Shown one piece after another: positions 13,328 through 27,252 of a stretch of DNA of 64,000 bases. Numbering within the stretch: the first letter of the stretch is position 1; every line of letters starts with the position of its first letter. Origin of the DNA: Salpingoeca rosetta. Its lineage: Eukaryota; Protista; Choanoflagellata. The translations under genes were made by a program, and so were the position numbers. The notes beneath the pieces are model-generated. The model was not told the DNA's origin and made no database searches. It saw only the letters and a program-made list of their open reading frames with translations. The stretch spans positions 763,189-827,188 of the forward strand of contig JAWQFM010000021.1 in NCBI GenBank assembly GCA_033442325.1, given 5' to 3'.

Positions 13328-16290
13328 CAACACACACACAAAACAACACAAACAACACATGACGCAAAGCTTGGATCGCACGGAACGCCGACACACTGGG
13401 TAAAGTCGCTGTTCTCCGTCTGGTAGCCGGCCGCACATGGCTCGCACATGGCATTGCCACACTCTCCCTTGAAGAAGTTGTCTATACATGTGTGCATGGG
13501 TGTGTGTTGGGGGGGGGGGGCAGGGTGAGGGTGAATGATGACTGCAACGAGTACACGAATACACGACTGATACGCACGATTGGTGCATGGAGCCACCACA
13601 AACACACATGACACCACCTCACACACATGTACTCACATGACACGTACACACGTACACGTACACACACACGCAAACACACACACACATACACACAGCACAA
13701 GCATATGCAAGCACCCGTGGTCACCCACAGCACACTCACCACGGCAGGGGACGCATGTGAGGCCATCGCCACTCGGCTCGTAGCCGGGAATGCACTCGCA
13801 CTGGTTCGCGCCAGCTTGGCCGTTGGTGGATGTGCCGGCTGGGCACGACACGCACGCCTCCGTGGGCGTCGGTGGGTATGTGTCCACGGGGCACTGCGTG
13901 CACGTGGGCAGCTCGCCCCATGTGCCCGCGGTGCTGCACGTCAGCTCAACAGGGCCAGCCATGCCATGCCCGGGGTCGCACGCCACTGTTGCATCAGCAG
14001 GGTAGCGCTCAGATGATCGCGTGGTCTGCGCGTTGGCGATGTTTGGATCGGCGCACAGCACGCCGCGGCACGTGGGCGGCTCGGGGCTCCAGCTCGCATC
14101 TGTTTGGCAGTCGATGGTGGTGCTGGCGCCGACGGGCTCGTAGCCCGGGTCGCACGCGTACGCCGCCTGTGCCGGGTACCTGCCGTTGTTGGTGATGGAG
14201 GTGATGCTGCCGTGGTCTGGTGGCGTCAGGGTGTTGCACGTGATGCCAATGCACGTTGCCTCTGTGCCGCCAAAGGCGCCCGTGCTGGCAATGCACTGCC
14301 GCTGCGCATCCCCGGTGCTGATCTCGTAGCCGGGGTCGCACGTGTAGGTGGCCGTGGTCGGGTACAGGCGGTTGTTGCTGTACGACACGCTGGCGTGGTT
14401 GGGGATGGCCAGCGACTCGCACAGGCGGCCAACGCAGCTGGGCACCGCAGACCACGTGCCGTCTGCCTGGCATCTGGCGGGCGCCGTGTCTGTCAGCTCA
14501 TATCCAACCTCGCAGCTGAACGCTGTTCGTGTCGTGGCAGTGTTGGTGATGGTTGGAACAAGTATGATGGGGAGTTGGGGGAAGGAGTGTGAGGGCGAAG
14601 GCGTGAGTCAAGGGTGGGGAACGGGGAGATGGTGAGGCAACTGGTGATGAAGGAACTGATGAAAAGGGAACTGACTGATAGTCGTGATGGTGTTGGCATC
14701 ATGGCAGACATTTTCACGCACACGCACACACGTTCACAAGGAATACGCACAGCTCACACAAGCACACACGCACGCACGCACGCACACGCACAAAACACGC
14801 ACACGCACTCACATGCAGTGTTTGGATGGCGAATGACGCCCGATGGCGACACGGAGCCGTGATCCAGGGCGAGCTCCTGGCATGGAACACCAATGCAGTG
14901 CGGCGTGACACCGCTCCACGAGCCATCTGTCTTGCACGACAGCTTGTCGTTGCTCTCAATCAGGTAGCCCGTGGCGCACGTGTACGTTGCCGTGCTCGGG
15001 TACTTGCGGCTGTTGCTTGTTGTAAATGAAGCGTGGTTGACCGTCGGGGGCGTCGTGCACGCAATGCCGACGCAGGAGCCCGCGCTTGTGCCGCCGCAGC
15101 CCGACAGGTAGTAACCAGCACTGCAGCTGCCACACGCGCTGCAGCTGTGCGTTCCTTGCGTCGTCTTGTATGTCCTGCAAGCAAGGCGTTGCGTTTGTTC
15201 GTGTGTGGTTGTGTGTGAGTGGTGTGGCGAATGAGTGCAGTGGAGAGAGAGAGAGAGGGAGAGAGAGAGAGAGGGAGAGAGAGAGAGAGAGAGAGAGAGT
15301 ACGCGTGGTCTCGTGGTCACGCAAGCGCTGAAGGAGCAATGATCATGATCACGTGACAACGTGTCCAGACGCCACAAACCACAGTTTCACACACAACAGG
15401 CATACCGCAACTGACCCTGAGTTGCAGTTGGCGCAGCCGCCTGGGCTTGTGCCGGAGCAGCCTCGTCGCTCCTGCCCTGCTGGGCACGATGCACACGAGG
15501 TGCACGTGCCGCCACTGGTGCCGCCGCAGTTGGCACGGTACTGCCCAGACGAGCACGAGCCACACGGGGTGCAGGAGCTGGCGCCCGCGCTTGGGCTGTA
15601 GTACGGTGTGTTGCACGCGCTGCACGACATGCCGCTGCCAGCGTAGCCGGCATTGCACGAGCACGAGCCATCACACGAGTCATCGCAGCTGATGCCCACG
15701 CATGTATCACAGCCAGCGTCGCAACTGTCATCGCAGCCACTGTATTGAGTGGAGGGTGGGCAACACAGATGGAAAAGGGAATGGGTTGTGATGGTGAGCG
15801 GCGATGGCATGATGTGAGGTTCGCGAAGGTTCAGCACAAAGCACACCTGGTTTGAGTGGTTGTGTGTGTGTGTGTGTGTGCATGCAAGCAGGCAAACTTG
15901 CAAGTTTCACAAAACGTACGCGTCACACGGCCCATCACAGGAGCTGTCGCAGTTGAAGTTACAGCCCGTGGGGGTGCAGCTGCTGTCGCAGCCGGCGTTA
16001 CAATCTGCCGCATGTGCAATGACATGGCGATCAGTGGCAATGAGTGACGATGACATGCGCGCACACACACAAAAGGGAAAAGTGCCAAGAGCATCAACAC
16101 GAAGGCAAGCAAACGCAACAGAGGTACAAAGCACAAACACTGACTGACCAGCGTTGCAGTTGCTGTTGCACGAGTCGTCGCAGCTTGCTGCCAAGTTGAG
16201 ACGGGATGTGAGTGTGTGTGAGTGAGATGGAGGCACGTGAGAGGGGAGTCACGGCAAAAAAAAGAGAGCTGTGCGCACATGCAAATGAGC

Positions 16291-16344
<54 letters not shown>

Positions 16345-19270
16345 GTACCCACTCGCATGCACACGCACGCGCACGCGCACGCACTTACTGGGTTGGCAGT
16401 TGTAACCCACGTGGCAGTTCTCGTAGCACAGCCTTCTGTAATCATAATAGTAATTATAATAATAGTCATAAGGCAAGTTGACGCACTGGTCGCAATAACT
16501 GGAACAGGAAAGACGGTGCGATCATCGATTCAATGTGAGAAGATGAGCGAGAGTATGGCCGGAGAGAAATGCCAGAGAGGGCGAGCCACGAACCAAGAAC
16601 ACAGACAAAAGGAATCTCAACGAACAGTGCATACAAGAAAGAACACACGCGGGCACTCACTACATGCAGCCAGTGACTTCATCGCAGCTGGTGTCACACG
16701 AGCCGAGGCATCTGTCGCAGCTCTCATCGCATGATCCTGTGCACCTGCACACATCCAAGAGCAACCCAGAAACGACAGGCAGAGCGGTGTTAATCTCAAA
16801 TGGATATGAAAGTATGAGGTCATCGACTTGCTGAATTGTAAGCACACGCACGCACCAACACGGCCACTTACGATTGTCCGTTGCAGCCATCACAGCTTGC
16901 ATCGCATTCGTTGCAGTCGTCGTCGCCTGATATTGTTGATGATGCATCATGCACAAGCAACAGGCGTGAGAATGCAAGCGCACACATGCCTTCCCGCAAT
17001 GAACGAGGGCAAAGAAGCAAGGTGATGAATTCGTCTGAGACTTACAGCCTGAGTTGCAGTTGTCGTCGCAGTTCGAACATGATTGCCTGTGTCAACAAGC
17101 ACACACACACACACACACGAGCATCAGGAAGGAATGTCATGTTTTCGAGACAGAGCAAGGGAGACTTAGCATCACAACCTTGTGTCTTGAGACGTTGTAA
17201 TGGCTGGGCAAGAAAACGCATCGCACAGCTCCACAACTTACCCGTCGCAGCCCGTGTTGCAGTTTGAATCACACGTGTACGATGCTCTCACAGTATTCCT
17301 CCTCCGACGCTCCTGTCATGATGATTGCGTGTGTGTGTGGTATGTGTTGTGTGTTGTGTGTGTGTGTGTGTTGTGTGTGTGTGTGTGTTGTGTGTGTTGT
17401 GTGTGTGTGTTAGCGGCTGGCAAGCAAGTGCGCTGTTTGCGTGAAACCATGAAACTGAACAAACACAACACGAAGCGTTGGCAACTTACCCTGAGTGCCT
17501 GGATGCGGAAGAACGGGGACGTCACGTCCACGGGCATCTTGCCCTGTGCACAGAGCTCGCTGACGACGGCCCGGGCCGTGTCCTCGCTGCACACGCGGTC
17601 AGCCAGCGCCTCGATGCCGTCCGGGTTGAGGAACGCCTCCAGGTCGTTGGCCGTGGTGTACGACTCGAGCACGTGCGGCTGCATCGCTTCGCACTGGGCC
17701 ATGAACGACCCAATAAAAGCCGTAAGCTCCTCGCCCTCCTCACCGCCGGTCGTGCCCTCCTCGCTCGTGCCATCGTCCTTCTCCTTGGTGGCGTCGTGGC
17801 TCGGGCACAGCGCGCCCGTGTTGAGGTGCCAGGACGGCATGGCCTCCAGCAGCTGCACGCCGCGGTAGTCGCTGATGAGCGACTGCAGCGCCCGCTGCCA
17901 GTGCTTGGTGAAGGCCGTGTTGTCCACAATGTCTGCGCCGGCGTGTGCGGCGTACACGAGCGCATCGGCCCACGCCAGGCCCCTGCGCTCCAGCGAGATG
18001 GTGAGGTGGGATGAGCCCTCTGCGCCAGACACGGCGTAGTGGATGATGCCCTTGGGCATGTACATGGTGTCGCCGGCACGCAGCGTGAACTCGTTGCAGC
18101 GCATGCCGCGCAGGTCCCTGTCCTCGTAGCGCGTGCACCCTTCTTGCTTCTGGCGCCGGATCTCCTGCAGCTGGCCCAGCTGGGCCGGGTTGAACTGCTT
18201 GATGGTCTCTGCCTCGCCGTGGCCGTGCTGTTGTTGGCCGTTGCTGGACGAAGCAGCTTTCTCATCGGGGTGGCTGTCGCTGTGGTCCTCCGTGGTGTCG
18301 TCGCTGCCGCTGGTGGCGTATGCGTCTGGGATGCAGGTTGTCCAGCGCTTTGAGCCGTGAAGCTGAATCACGAGGACATCGTAGGGGTCTGTGTGCGGCA
18401 TGAGGGCGCGCGACTCGTTCTGCGTGGCGTGGTACAGGTGCACGGTGGACTCTGTGCCAAACACGTCGCGCACGCCTTCCTGCAGCTGCTTGACGTTGTC
18501 CTCTGCGGGGAAGTCCACGAGGTCCTCGTAGCGGATAAGCAAGCCAGCGCCTGCGGCCAGCTCGTCCTCCATCTGCTTGCACGAGGACACCTGCCGTGTC
18601 TCGCCTTGCTCCTTCATCTGTTTTGTGTGTGTGTGTGTGTGGGGGGGATCGCAGGCAGAGAGGGGAGTGAGTGCGACGGGAGAGGGAGGGGAAGGAGAGG
18701 GGGTGTTTGTGAGATGTGTGCAGTGAACGAAGGAGATAGAGCAGGCACATACGTACTCAAGACCCGCAAAGAATACAAACACAAAGAACACACACACACA
18801 CACAACCACAAAGAATGCAAACACACACACACACACACCACAACCACAACCACAACCAACCACAAGAACACAACCACAGCCACACATCCACTCACGTGAA
18901 AGCCGCCAGTCTGCTTGTCTTGGTTCTCAAAGGCGCGGCAGAGGGCATCGACGTCGCCGAGTGGCGCAACCACCTGGTCCAGCGCCGGCAGCAGCTGCGC
19001 CTGGCGAACCGTGTTGTCCACAAACGTGTCCTGCTGGTAGATGGTGGAGAAGAACGTCGCGGCGTCGACGGAGAAGAAGTCGCCAAACGACAGCTGGCTG
19101 GGGGTGGTGGAGCTGATGTCGTTCGCCCATGCCTGGGGCGCTTCGTACTGCTGTTGTTGCCCGCTGACACTCAGGGCCGCGACCACAACTGCGAGAAGGG
19201 CAAGCGCCACGCGAGCTCTGGCCCGCAGCGCTCGGCCTCCATGGCGAAGGTGAAGGTGCCCACTGTTCAT
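5663..19270 (-). CDS. Giant single-pass receptor/adhesion protein (~18 exons): signal peptide, JmjC dioxygenase, Cys/Asp-rich repeats, TNFR/GCC-like repeats, sushi/CCP, DUF4215-like, HYR/DUF5011-like repeats, Thr-rich mucin tracts, TM and a Tyr-rich tail
   Basis: Exons at 19270-18896 and 18617-17490, then mini-exons at ~17312-17242, ~17086-17046, ~16926-16872, ~16744-16661, 16498-16389, ~16187-16149, ~16004-15920 and ~15740-15415. These splice GT-AG with consistent phases. They are followed by sushi exons (~15174-12940), a large exon at ~12680-8320 (EECDDGDSMGGDGCSADC, many DxxPP...W.A.D.CGN repeats, PHIELYGDNPM), Thr-rich exons and a last exon with TM WQIAAGVLGGLVLLGAFVAFVIV and a stop at 5663. 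Junctions downstream of ~15400 were checked less rigorously. Confidence 0.8.
12946..13005. repeat. Perfect 30-bp tandem duplication inside a sushi-domain exon (TCNTDGTWTQ x2)
   Basis: tctgtgtccatgtgccgtctgtgttgcagg occurs twice in direct succession. Confidence 0.9.
17490..19270 (-). other. JmjC / cupin-4 (ribosomal-oxygenase-like) 2OG-Fe(II) dioxygenase domain of the giant receptor
   Basis: HLYH...ALMPHTDPYDVLVIQLHGSKRW...FTLRAGDTMYMPKGIIHYAVS...SSHLTISL. HxD lies at 18395-18387, the distal His at 18041-18039, and the 2OG-binding Lys is in GSKRW. The N-terminal 'FFSVDAATFFSTIYQQ' resembles the NO66/MINA53/ycfD N-terminal helix. Confidence 0.85.
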
Positions 19271-19962
19271 AGTCGTTGCTGTGGGCAGGGAAGCCGTAGT
19301 ACGTTACTGCCTGCCTATTCGCCTTGTTGCTGATCTATGAGACAGGTTACAGACAACCTCTCTCACACACTCACACACACACACACACACACTCACAAGC
19401 TCACACACACACACACTCACACACTCACACACTCCTACACTTGCACACGCTCGCAGGCACAGCTGTGTTCGTGGTCTTGGTCGTCGCGCCTGGCTAGCCT
19501 CCTGGGTCGGTTTTGGGTGCGGTTGTTCGTTTGTCGCAAAGGTTTGTGAGGAATTCGTGCATGAGGCATTGAGACAAGCTCAGCTCTCACGTGGGAAAGT
19601 GTGGCTTGGAGACTCGTGCGCAGCAGCTGTCGTCATTTGATGGGACGCATTGAGGTGTTTCGACCACAGAGCGCTTCCTTGGCGCATCTCCTCGCAAACT
19701 TGCTTGCAGGCAATCGCCAGGTGTCTTCACAGCGTGACGGAAAATTAGCGAATGACTGTTTTGCCCCGGTACGTTTTCACAAACGCTATCCTTCGCGTGA
19801 ACCCTGACATCTATGACGTGGCGAAGATGTTTTATTGCTTTTTGTGCTGTTGTGACACGTCCATATTTTGCTGACATCAGCAATTACAAAACCCAACAGC
19901 AACTGCCAACCACCGGAAGCACGAACACCACCACAGCACACAAAGCAAGCCAGCACCCAAGC

Positions 19963-21696
<1,734 letters not shown>

Positions 21697-21829
21697 GTCA
21701 GTATTCACATGTGTGTGTGCGAGTGTGCGTGTGTCGTTGTCGTCGTCACACGATCCTTATCAATTCGGCGCCTCGCTTCCTGCCTGCAGCACGCTGTCCT
21801 TGCACATTGGACATGCTCTATCGTTCTCC

Positions 21830-21917
<88 letters not shown>

Positions 21918-22202
21918 CAAACACCCGCGAGAAGTGAGGAAGGTAGGAGTTTAAAAATATCAACAAAAAGAGAAAGGCACACGGTTCCTCTCTGGTGCGT
22001 GACTACGCGCGGTATGTAATGATAAAGTATGCAGGGACACAGATCGGGGAAGACAGAGGGTACATTTTGCTAGTTCATAATTGCTACGAATAACTTTTGT
22101 TTGAACAGTGACACACGGGAGTGACCTCAGACGCGACAGCTAAGCTCGTTTCTAGTAGGAAGACGATGTCGTCGACATGCATATCACTAGTCTAGCGGAT
22201 GC

Positions 22203-22302
22203 NNNNNNNNNNNNNNNNNNNNNNNNNNNNNNNNNNNNNNNNNNNNNNNNNNNNNNNNNNNNNNNNNNNNNNNNNNNNNNNNNNNNNNNNNNNNNNNNNN
22301 NN
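22203..22302. other. Assembly gap (100 N)
   Basis: Run of N. Confidence 0.99.
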
Positions 22303-22374
22303 AACAAGCAAGTTCAAAGCAAGCGCGCTGTCCACACATGCTGGTCAGCTTTTGGGCCACGCGCGTGCGCGTAC

Positions 22375-23290
22375 TATATTGACAATTGTGGTCAGTGTCA
22401 CAGCCTGCGAAGCAAATCCTTCCAAAAAACCCCAGGTTGATGCACGTGTCGCAAGCACTGAATAGAACAGTCAGTGCATTCGTTGAGTTCGGGTTCAATA
22501 TGAGAACGTGACCGAGACCAAGAGCAGACAACAACAATCACGAACGCATCTGCTGGAGAATAGCACAAACTACAGCACACTGGGGAAGTAACGCGCAAAC
22601 ACATGGCCACTCACTATGTGCAACCGGTGGTTGCATCACAGCTGGTGTCACACGAGCCGAGGCATCTGTCGCAGCTCTCATCGCATGATCCTGTGCACCT
22701 GCACACATCCAAGAGCAACCCAGAAACGACAGGCAGAGCGGTGTTAATCTCAAATGGATATGAAAGTATGAGGTCATCGACTTGCTGAATTGTAAGCACA
22801 CGCACGCACCAACACGGCCACTTACGATTGTCCGTTGCAGCCATCACAGCTTGCATCGCATTCGTTGCAGTCGTCGTCGCCTGATATTGTTGATGATGCA
22901 TCATGCACAAGAAACAGGCGTGAGAATGCAAGCGCACACGTGACTCCCTGCAATGCACGAGAGCAAAGACGCAAAGTGATGAATTCGCCTGAGACTTACA
23001 GCCTGAGTTGCAGTTGTCGTCGCAGTTCGAACATGATTGCCTGTGTCAACAAGCACGAATGCAAGCAACACACACACACACACACACACGAACATCAGGA
23101 CGGAATGTCATGTTTTCGAGACGGAACAAGACCTGGCATCACTATCTAGCAGCTTCCAGTGTCTTGAGCCTGTTGAAAGTGTAAGGAAACGTAAAGCACA
23201 GGTCCACAACAAACTCACCCGTCGCAGCCCGTATCGCAGTTTGAATCACACGTGTACGATGCTGTCACAGTATTCCTCCTCCGACGCTCC
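22375..23290 (-). pseudogene. Headless duplicate of five Cys-rich mini-exons (exons 3-7) of the giant receptor, with a divergent exon 7
   Basis: Aligns to ~16389-17335, and 22639-22911 is identical to 16685-16957. Splice sites and phases are preserved. No signal-peptide or JmjC exons lie upstream; it begins at a TG microsatellite next to the DUF711 gene and runs into the gap. Confidence 0.75.
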
Positions 23291-23600
23291 TGTCATGATG
23301 ATTGCGTGTGTGTGTGTGTGTGTTTGTCTGTGTGTGTGTGTGTGTCTGTGTGCGTGTGTCTGTGTGTCTGTGTGTGTGTGTGCGTGTGTCTGTGTGTCTG
23401 TGTCTGTGTGTGTGTGTCTGTGTGTCTGTGTGCGTGTGTGTCTGTGTGTCTGTGTGCGTGTGTGTCTGTGTGTGTGTGTGTGTGTGTCCTGGCCTTGCGT
23501 TCTTTCTTCCTTGATTGCCTCGTTCGCAACTGTACACAAACCCACAAGAAGAAGCAAGCCCACGAACAACACCACTAACAACAACACCAACAAGGCAAGG

Positions 23601-23875
23601 ATGCGTGTGCGAACGGTGACGGTGTTTGTGGAGGTGCCGCAAGGGCTACGGCCGTCGGCAGAGGAGCTGGACAAGACGATTGCACACGCGAAGGACCTAC
23701 TTGATGCGTGCTCGGGTGCACTGCAGGCGGCGTCATACGAGGTGCAGACCACGCGCGTGGCAATGACAGATCCATCGCAGTGGCTGGTGCACTGGCCGAG
23801 GCAGTGCAACAACGCTGATGACGCCGGCAGCAAGGCAAAGCGAGCAAAGGCAACACGTCAGTCTCACGCATGCAT

Positions 23876-23916
<41 letters not shown>

Positions 23917-25385
23917 TGCTCTGTCATGTGTCGTTGGCTCTGCTTGCCAAGTACACACACACACACACACACACACATGCACACACATTCACACACACAC
24001 ACATGCACACACACATGCGCACACACACATGCGCACACACACATGCACACACATTCACACACACATGCACACACACACATGCACACACATTCACACACAC
24101 ACATGCACACACACACATGCACACACACACCAACACAGTGCTATCGGATGACCTGCGGGTGGAATTGCAGCGGCTGGATGGCATCCTCAAGGCGCACGGG
24201 ATCGACTTCTTCAACCTGGGCTGCCTCCAATCACCGACTGTGGCTGATGTGCAGCTCGTGCCCGAGGTGCTGCTCTCCAGCTCTCGCTTCAACATGAGCG
24301 TCAACGTCTCCCCGGGGGACCTGGCCACGGCCACCGCCATCGCATCAGCTGTTCAGCACGTGGCTCGCCACAGCGAGGGTGGCCTCGGCAACTTCCGCCT
24401 GTGCGCGTGCGCCTGCTGCGCTGACGCGAACATCCCCTTCTTCCCCGCTGGCTCTGCACGCATGCCGCCGCCGCAGGAGCAACAGCAGCAGCAACCGCAA
24501 CAGGTTACGTTTGGTGTTGCAGTGGGCCTGGAGAACGGTGACCTCACACGTGAGGCTGCAGCACGCGCAACCGTCAGCGCCCGGCTACCGGAAGCGCTGG
24601 CGAGCGTGATGCTGCCCCACTTGCAGGCAGTCGAACGCACCTGCCGCGAGGCGGTGGAGACACTTGTGGCGGCCACTGGGCTGCCTGCCACGTTTGCGGG
24701 CATCGACACGAGCTACAACCCTTCCCTGGACGCCGGCACGAGCGGGTCCGTGGCTGCGGCACTGAGCTCGCTGGCAGACATGGCGGAGCTGATTGACCTC
24801 GGTGCCCTGGGCGCAGTATCCATTGCCACCACGGCCCTGCAGGCGCTGCCCGTGCAGCAGGTTGGCTACCGTGGCCTGATGCTCCCCGTGTGTGAGGACC
24901 GCCATCTCGCTGCACTCGCTGCGGGTGTTACCACCACACAGCACGCGCAGAAACAAGCACGGATGCAGCACGTGACTCAAGAAGAAGGGGTACAAGGTGC
25001 ACATGAGACCAAAGATGCACAAGAAGTACCAGAGGTGCAGCGGCAGCAAGGAGAAGCAGCGCCAGAAGAGGAGGACAACAATGCAGGGAGCGAAAAGCAC
25101 CAGGGCAAGAAGGAGCAGAAGGAGCAGATGCAGGCGCCCGCGTTGACGCTGCAGCGGTTGCTGTTGCTGAGCAGCGTGTGTGGTGTTGGGGTGGACACGG
25201 CGCCCATCCCGGGCGACTTTGACCCGCACCGCCTCGCGCTGCTTTATTTGGACATGAGTGGGCTGGCGCATCGCTGGAACAAGCCGCTCAGCTGCCGCGT
25301 GTTCCCTGTTCCGGGCAAGGCTGCCGGAGACATGACCACCTTTGACTCACCTTACCTCGTCAACACCCGCGTCCTCCCACTGTGA
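23601..25385 (+). CDS. DUF711 / UPF0210-family protein; one intron at ~23856-24138
   Basis: MRVRTVTVF...YEVQTTRVA...GLGNFRLCACA...IPFFPAG...GIDTSYNPS...VGYRGLMLPVCEDRHLA...LLLLSSVCGVGVDTAPIPGD...DMSGLAHRWNKPLSCRVFPVPGKAAGDMTTFDSPYLVN. Confidence 0.85.
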
Positions 25386-25585
25386 CATGTGTTTGTTTGG
25401 GTGGGAACGGGGGATGGAGTGGATGGTGGGTTGGATGGAGATGATTGCTTGATGGGGGTATATGGACGGTTCAGGTGTTACGGTTCATTCAGAGACACAC
25501 GTACACACACATACACACACAGACACACACGTACACACACATACACACACAGACACACACAGACACACACAGACACACACACACA

Positions 25586-25662
<77 letters not shown>

Positions 25663-26058
25663 AGACACAGACACATTCGCCAAGCAGCCGGAAGGCGCCA
25701 GTGGCTTCTTCTGACGTGTTCCTTTGCAATCATTAAAACCGCATCGAATTCTCAACAAACAACCGTTGTCTCCGCGCAAGTGTTAGAGATTTGATGCATG
25801 ATTAGGGAGACAGTTTTTGTCTGACGTGCACAACTTCACCAACCACGCCACACTTCAGCCCACCAACACAAGCGGCAGCGCAATCATGCAACAGCTCATC
25901 GTGTGTCGCAGCCCAGCCACCATGTTCTCGCTGGCACTGTGGATGAGAGCGGCTCATTTTCCCTCAACATCTCTCAAGCAGCTACAACGGCAGCAACGGT
26001 AGCACCAGCGATCCCACCAACAATCCCCACCCATCCACACAACACACAGCACACGACA

Positions 26059-27252
26059 ATGACAATGACAACAAGGCAGGCGTTGATCTGGACTCTGGTG
26101 GCGGCCACGACCCTTCTTCTGGCCACGACCGCGGGAAGTGCCGAGGCGCAAGGATTCTTCCACCACGGGCCTGGCCAACGCCAACGCAGCATGTGGCCAA
26201 GCATGTTTCCTTCCTCCTTCCACGAGAGCAGCGGCGGCGGGCTCTTCGGTGCGCCATCGTTCGCACGCTGGCCAAGCCACAGGCACCAGCGCCAGCAGCA
26301 GCCACAGCGGCAGCGGCAGCGCGATCCCGCATGGGAGTTGCAGCAGCAGCGCGAGCGGGAGACGCGACAGCTCAATCACTTGCTGTCGCAGCGCCAGAGC
26401 CTTCAAGCGGAACGAGAGCGCATCGACCAGCAGGAGCAGCGGATCCACGGGGAACTGGCCAAGGCCGATGGCGTGTGGCGTGATCTCGCTGTACAACGGG
26501 AGCGCTTGACGCAGCAGCAAGGCGGCATGCCGCGCCACGCCAACTGGAGGCAGATGCGCCGACTGCAGCAGGAGGAGGCGTATGTGCAGCGGTACGTGCG
26601 CGAGCGCAGGTACAAGCTGGAGCAGCTTGCCTCATACCGGGCACAGCTCGGCGACAAGGACAGCCAGCTTCAAGCCGCCATCCAGCAGCAAGAGGCCAAG
26701 CTCGACGCATTGACGACTGGGGACAATACCAAGCACGCAAGCGAGAACGGCAGTGCTGATGGTAGCAGTGCAGATGGAACTGCACACCAGCACCACCGTC
26801 GTCAGGCAGAACACACCCAGCAGCAGCAGCAGCAGCAACACCAACACCAACAACGGCAACAACAACAACAACACCAGCAACAACAACAACAGCAACAACA
26901 CCAACACCAACGGCAACAACACCAAGGACGTGCGCAACAACAACAGCCGCAATCCGACAGTGCTCCACAGGGTGGCAAGTTTGTCAAGCGCGTGCGCGTG
27001 AAGGACGGATCGTCCATTCCATCCACACCATCCACATCATCCACACCATCGTTTGATCGAACAAGCGGGTACCTCGTGGACGAGGATGGCCTCAAGTGGC
27101 AAGCGGGCGGCATCTGGGTTGGCGAGCCGGGCGGCAGCCATGACGGCGCTGCTTCCAAGGCAGCGACCAGCACCGACGAGCGTGACAGCAGCCAGGAGCT
27201 GGGGGATGCCATGCGGGAGATTGACGCTTTCCTTCGCCAACAAGCACGTTGA
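26059..27252 (+). CDS. Secreted Gln-rich coiled-coil hypothetical protein (single exon)
   Basis: Signal peptide MTMTTRQALIWTLVAATTLLLATTAGSAEA, a heptad-like Q/R/E-rich segment and a poly-Q/H tract. Confidence 0.7.
   Translation: MTMTTRQALIWTLVAATTLLLATTAGSAEAQGFFHHGPGQRQRSMWPSMFPSSFHESSGGGLFGAPSFARWPSHRHQRQQQPQRQRQRDPAWELQQQRERETRQLNHLLSQRQSLQAERERIDQQEQRIHGELAKADGVWRDLAVQRERLTQQQGGMPRHANWRQMRRLQQEEAYVQRYVRERRYKLEQLASYRAQLGDKDSQLQAAIQQQEAKLDALTTGDNTKHASENGSADGSSADGTAHQHHRRQAEHTQQQQQQQHQHQQRQQQQQHQQQQQQQQHQHQRQQHQGRAQQQQPQSDSAPQGGKFVKRVRVKDGSSIPSTPSTSSTPSFDRTSGYLVDEDGLKWQAGGIWVGEPGGSHDGAASKAATSTDERDSSQELGDAMREIDAFLRQQAR

Noticed and set aside
15415-17312. Cys-rich mini-exons as a separate metallothionein or RiPP-like peptide gene
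   Set aside because: They splice in phase with both the JmjC exon and the downstream receptor exons, with no separate start or stop.
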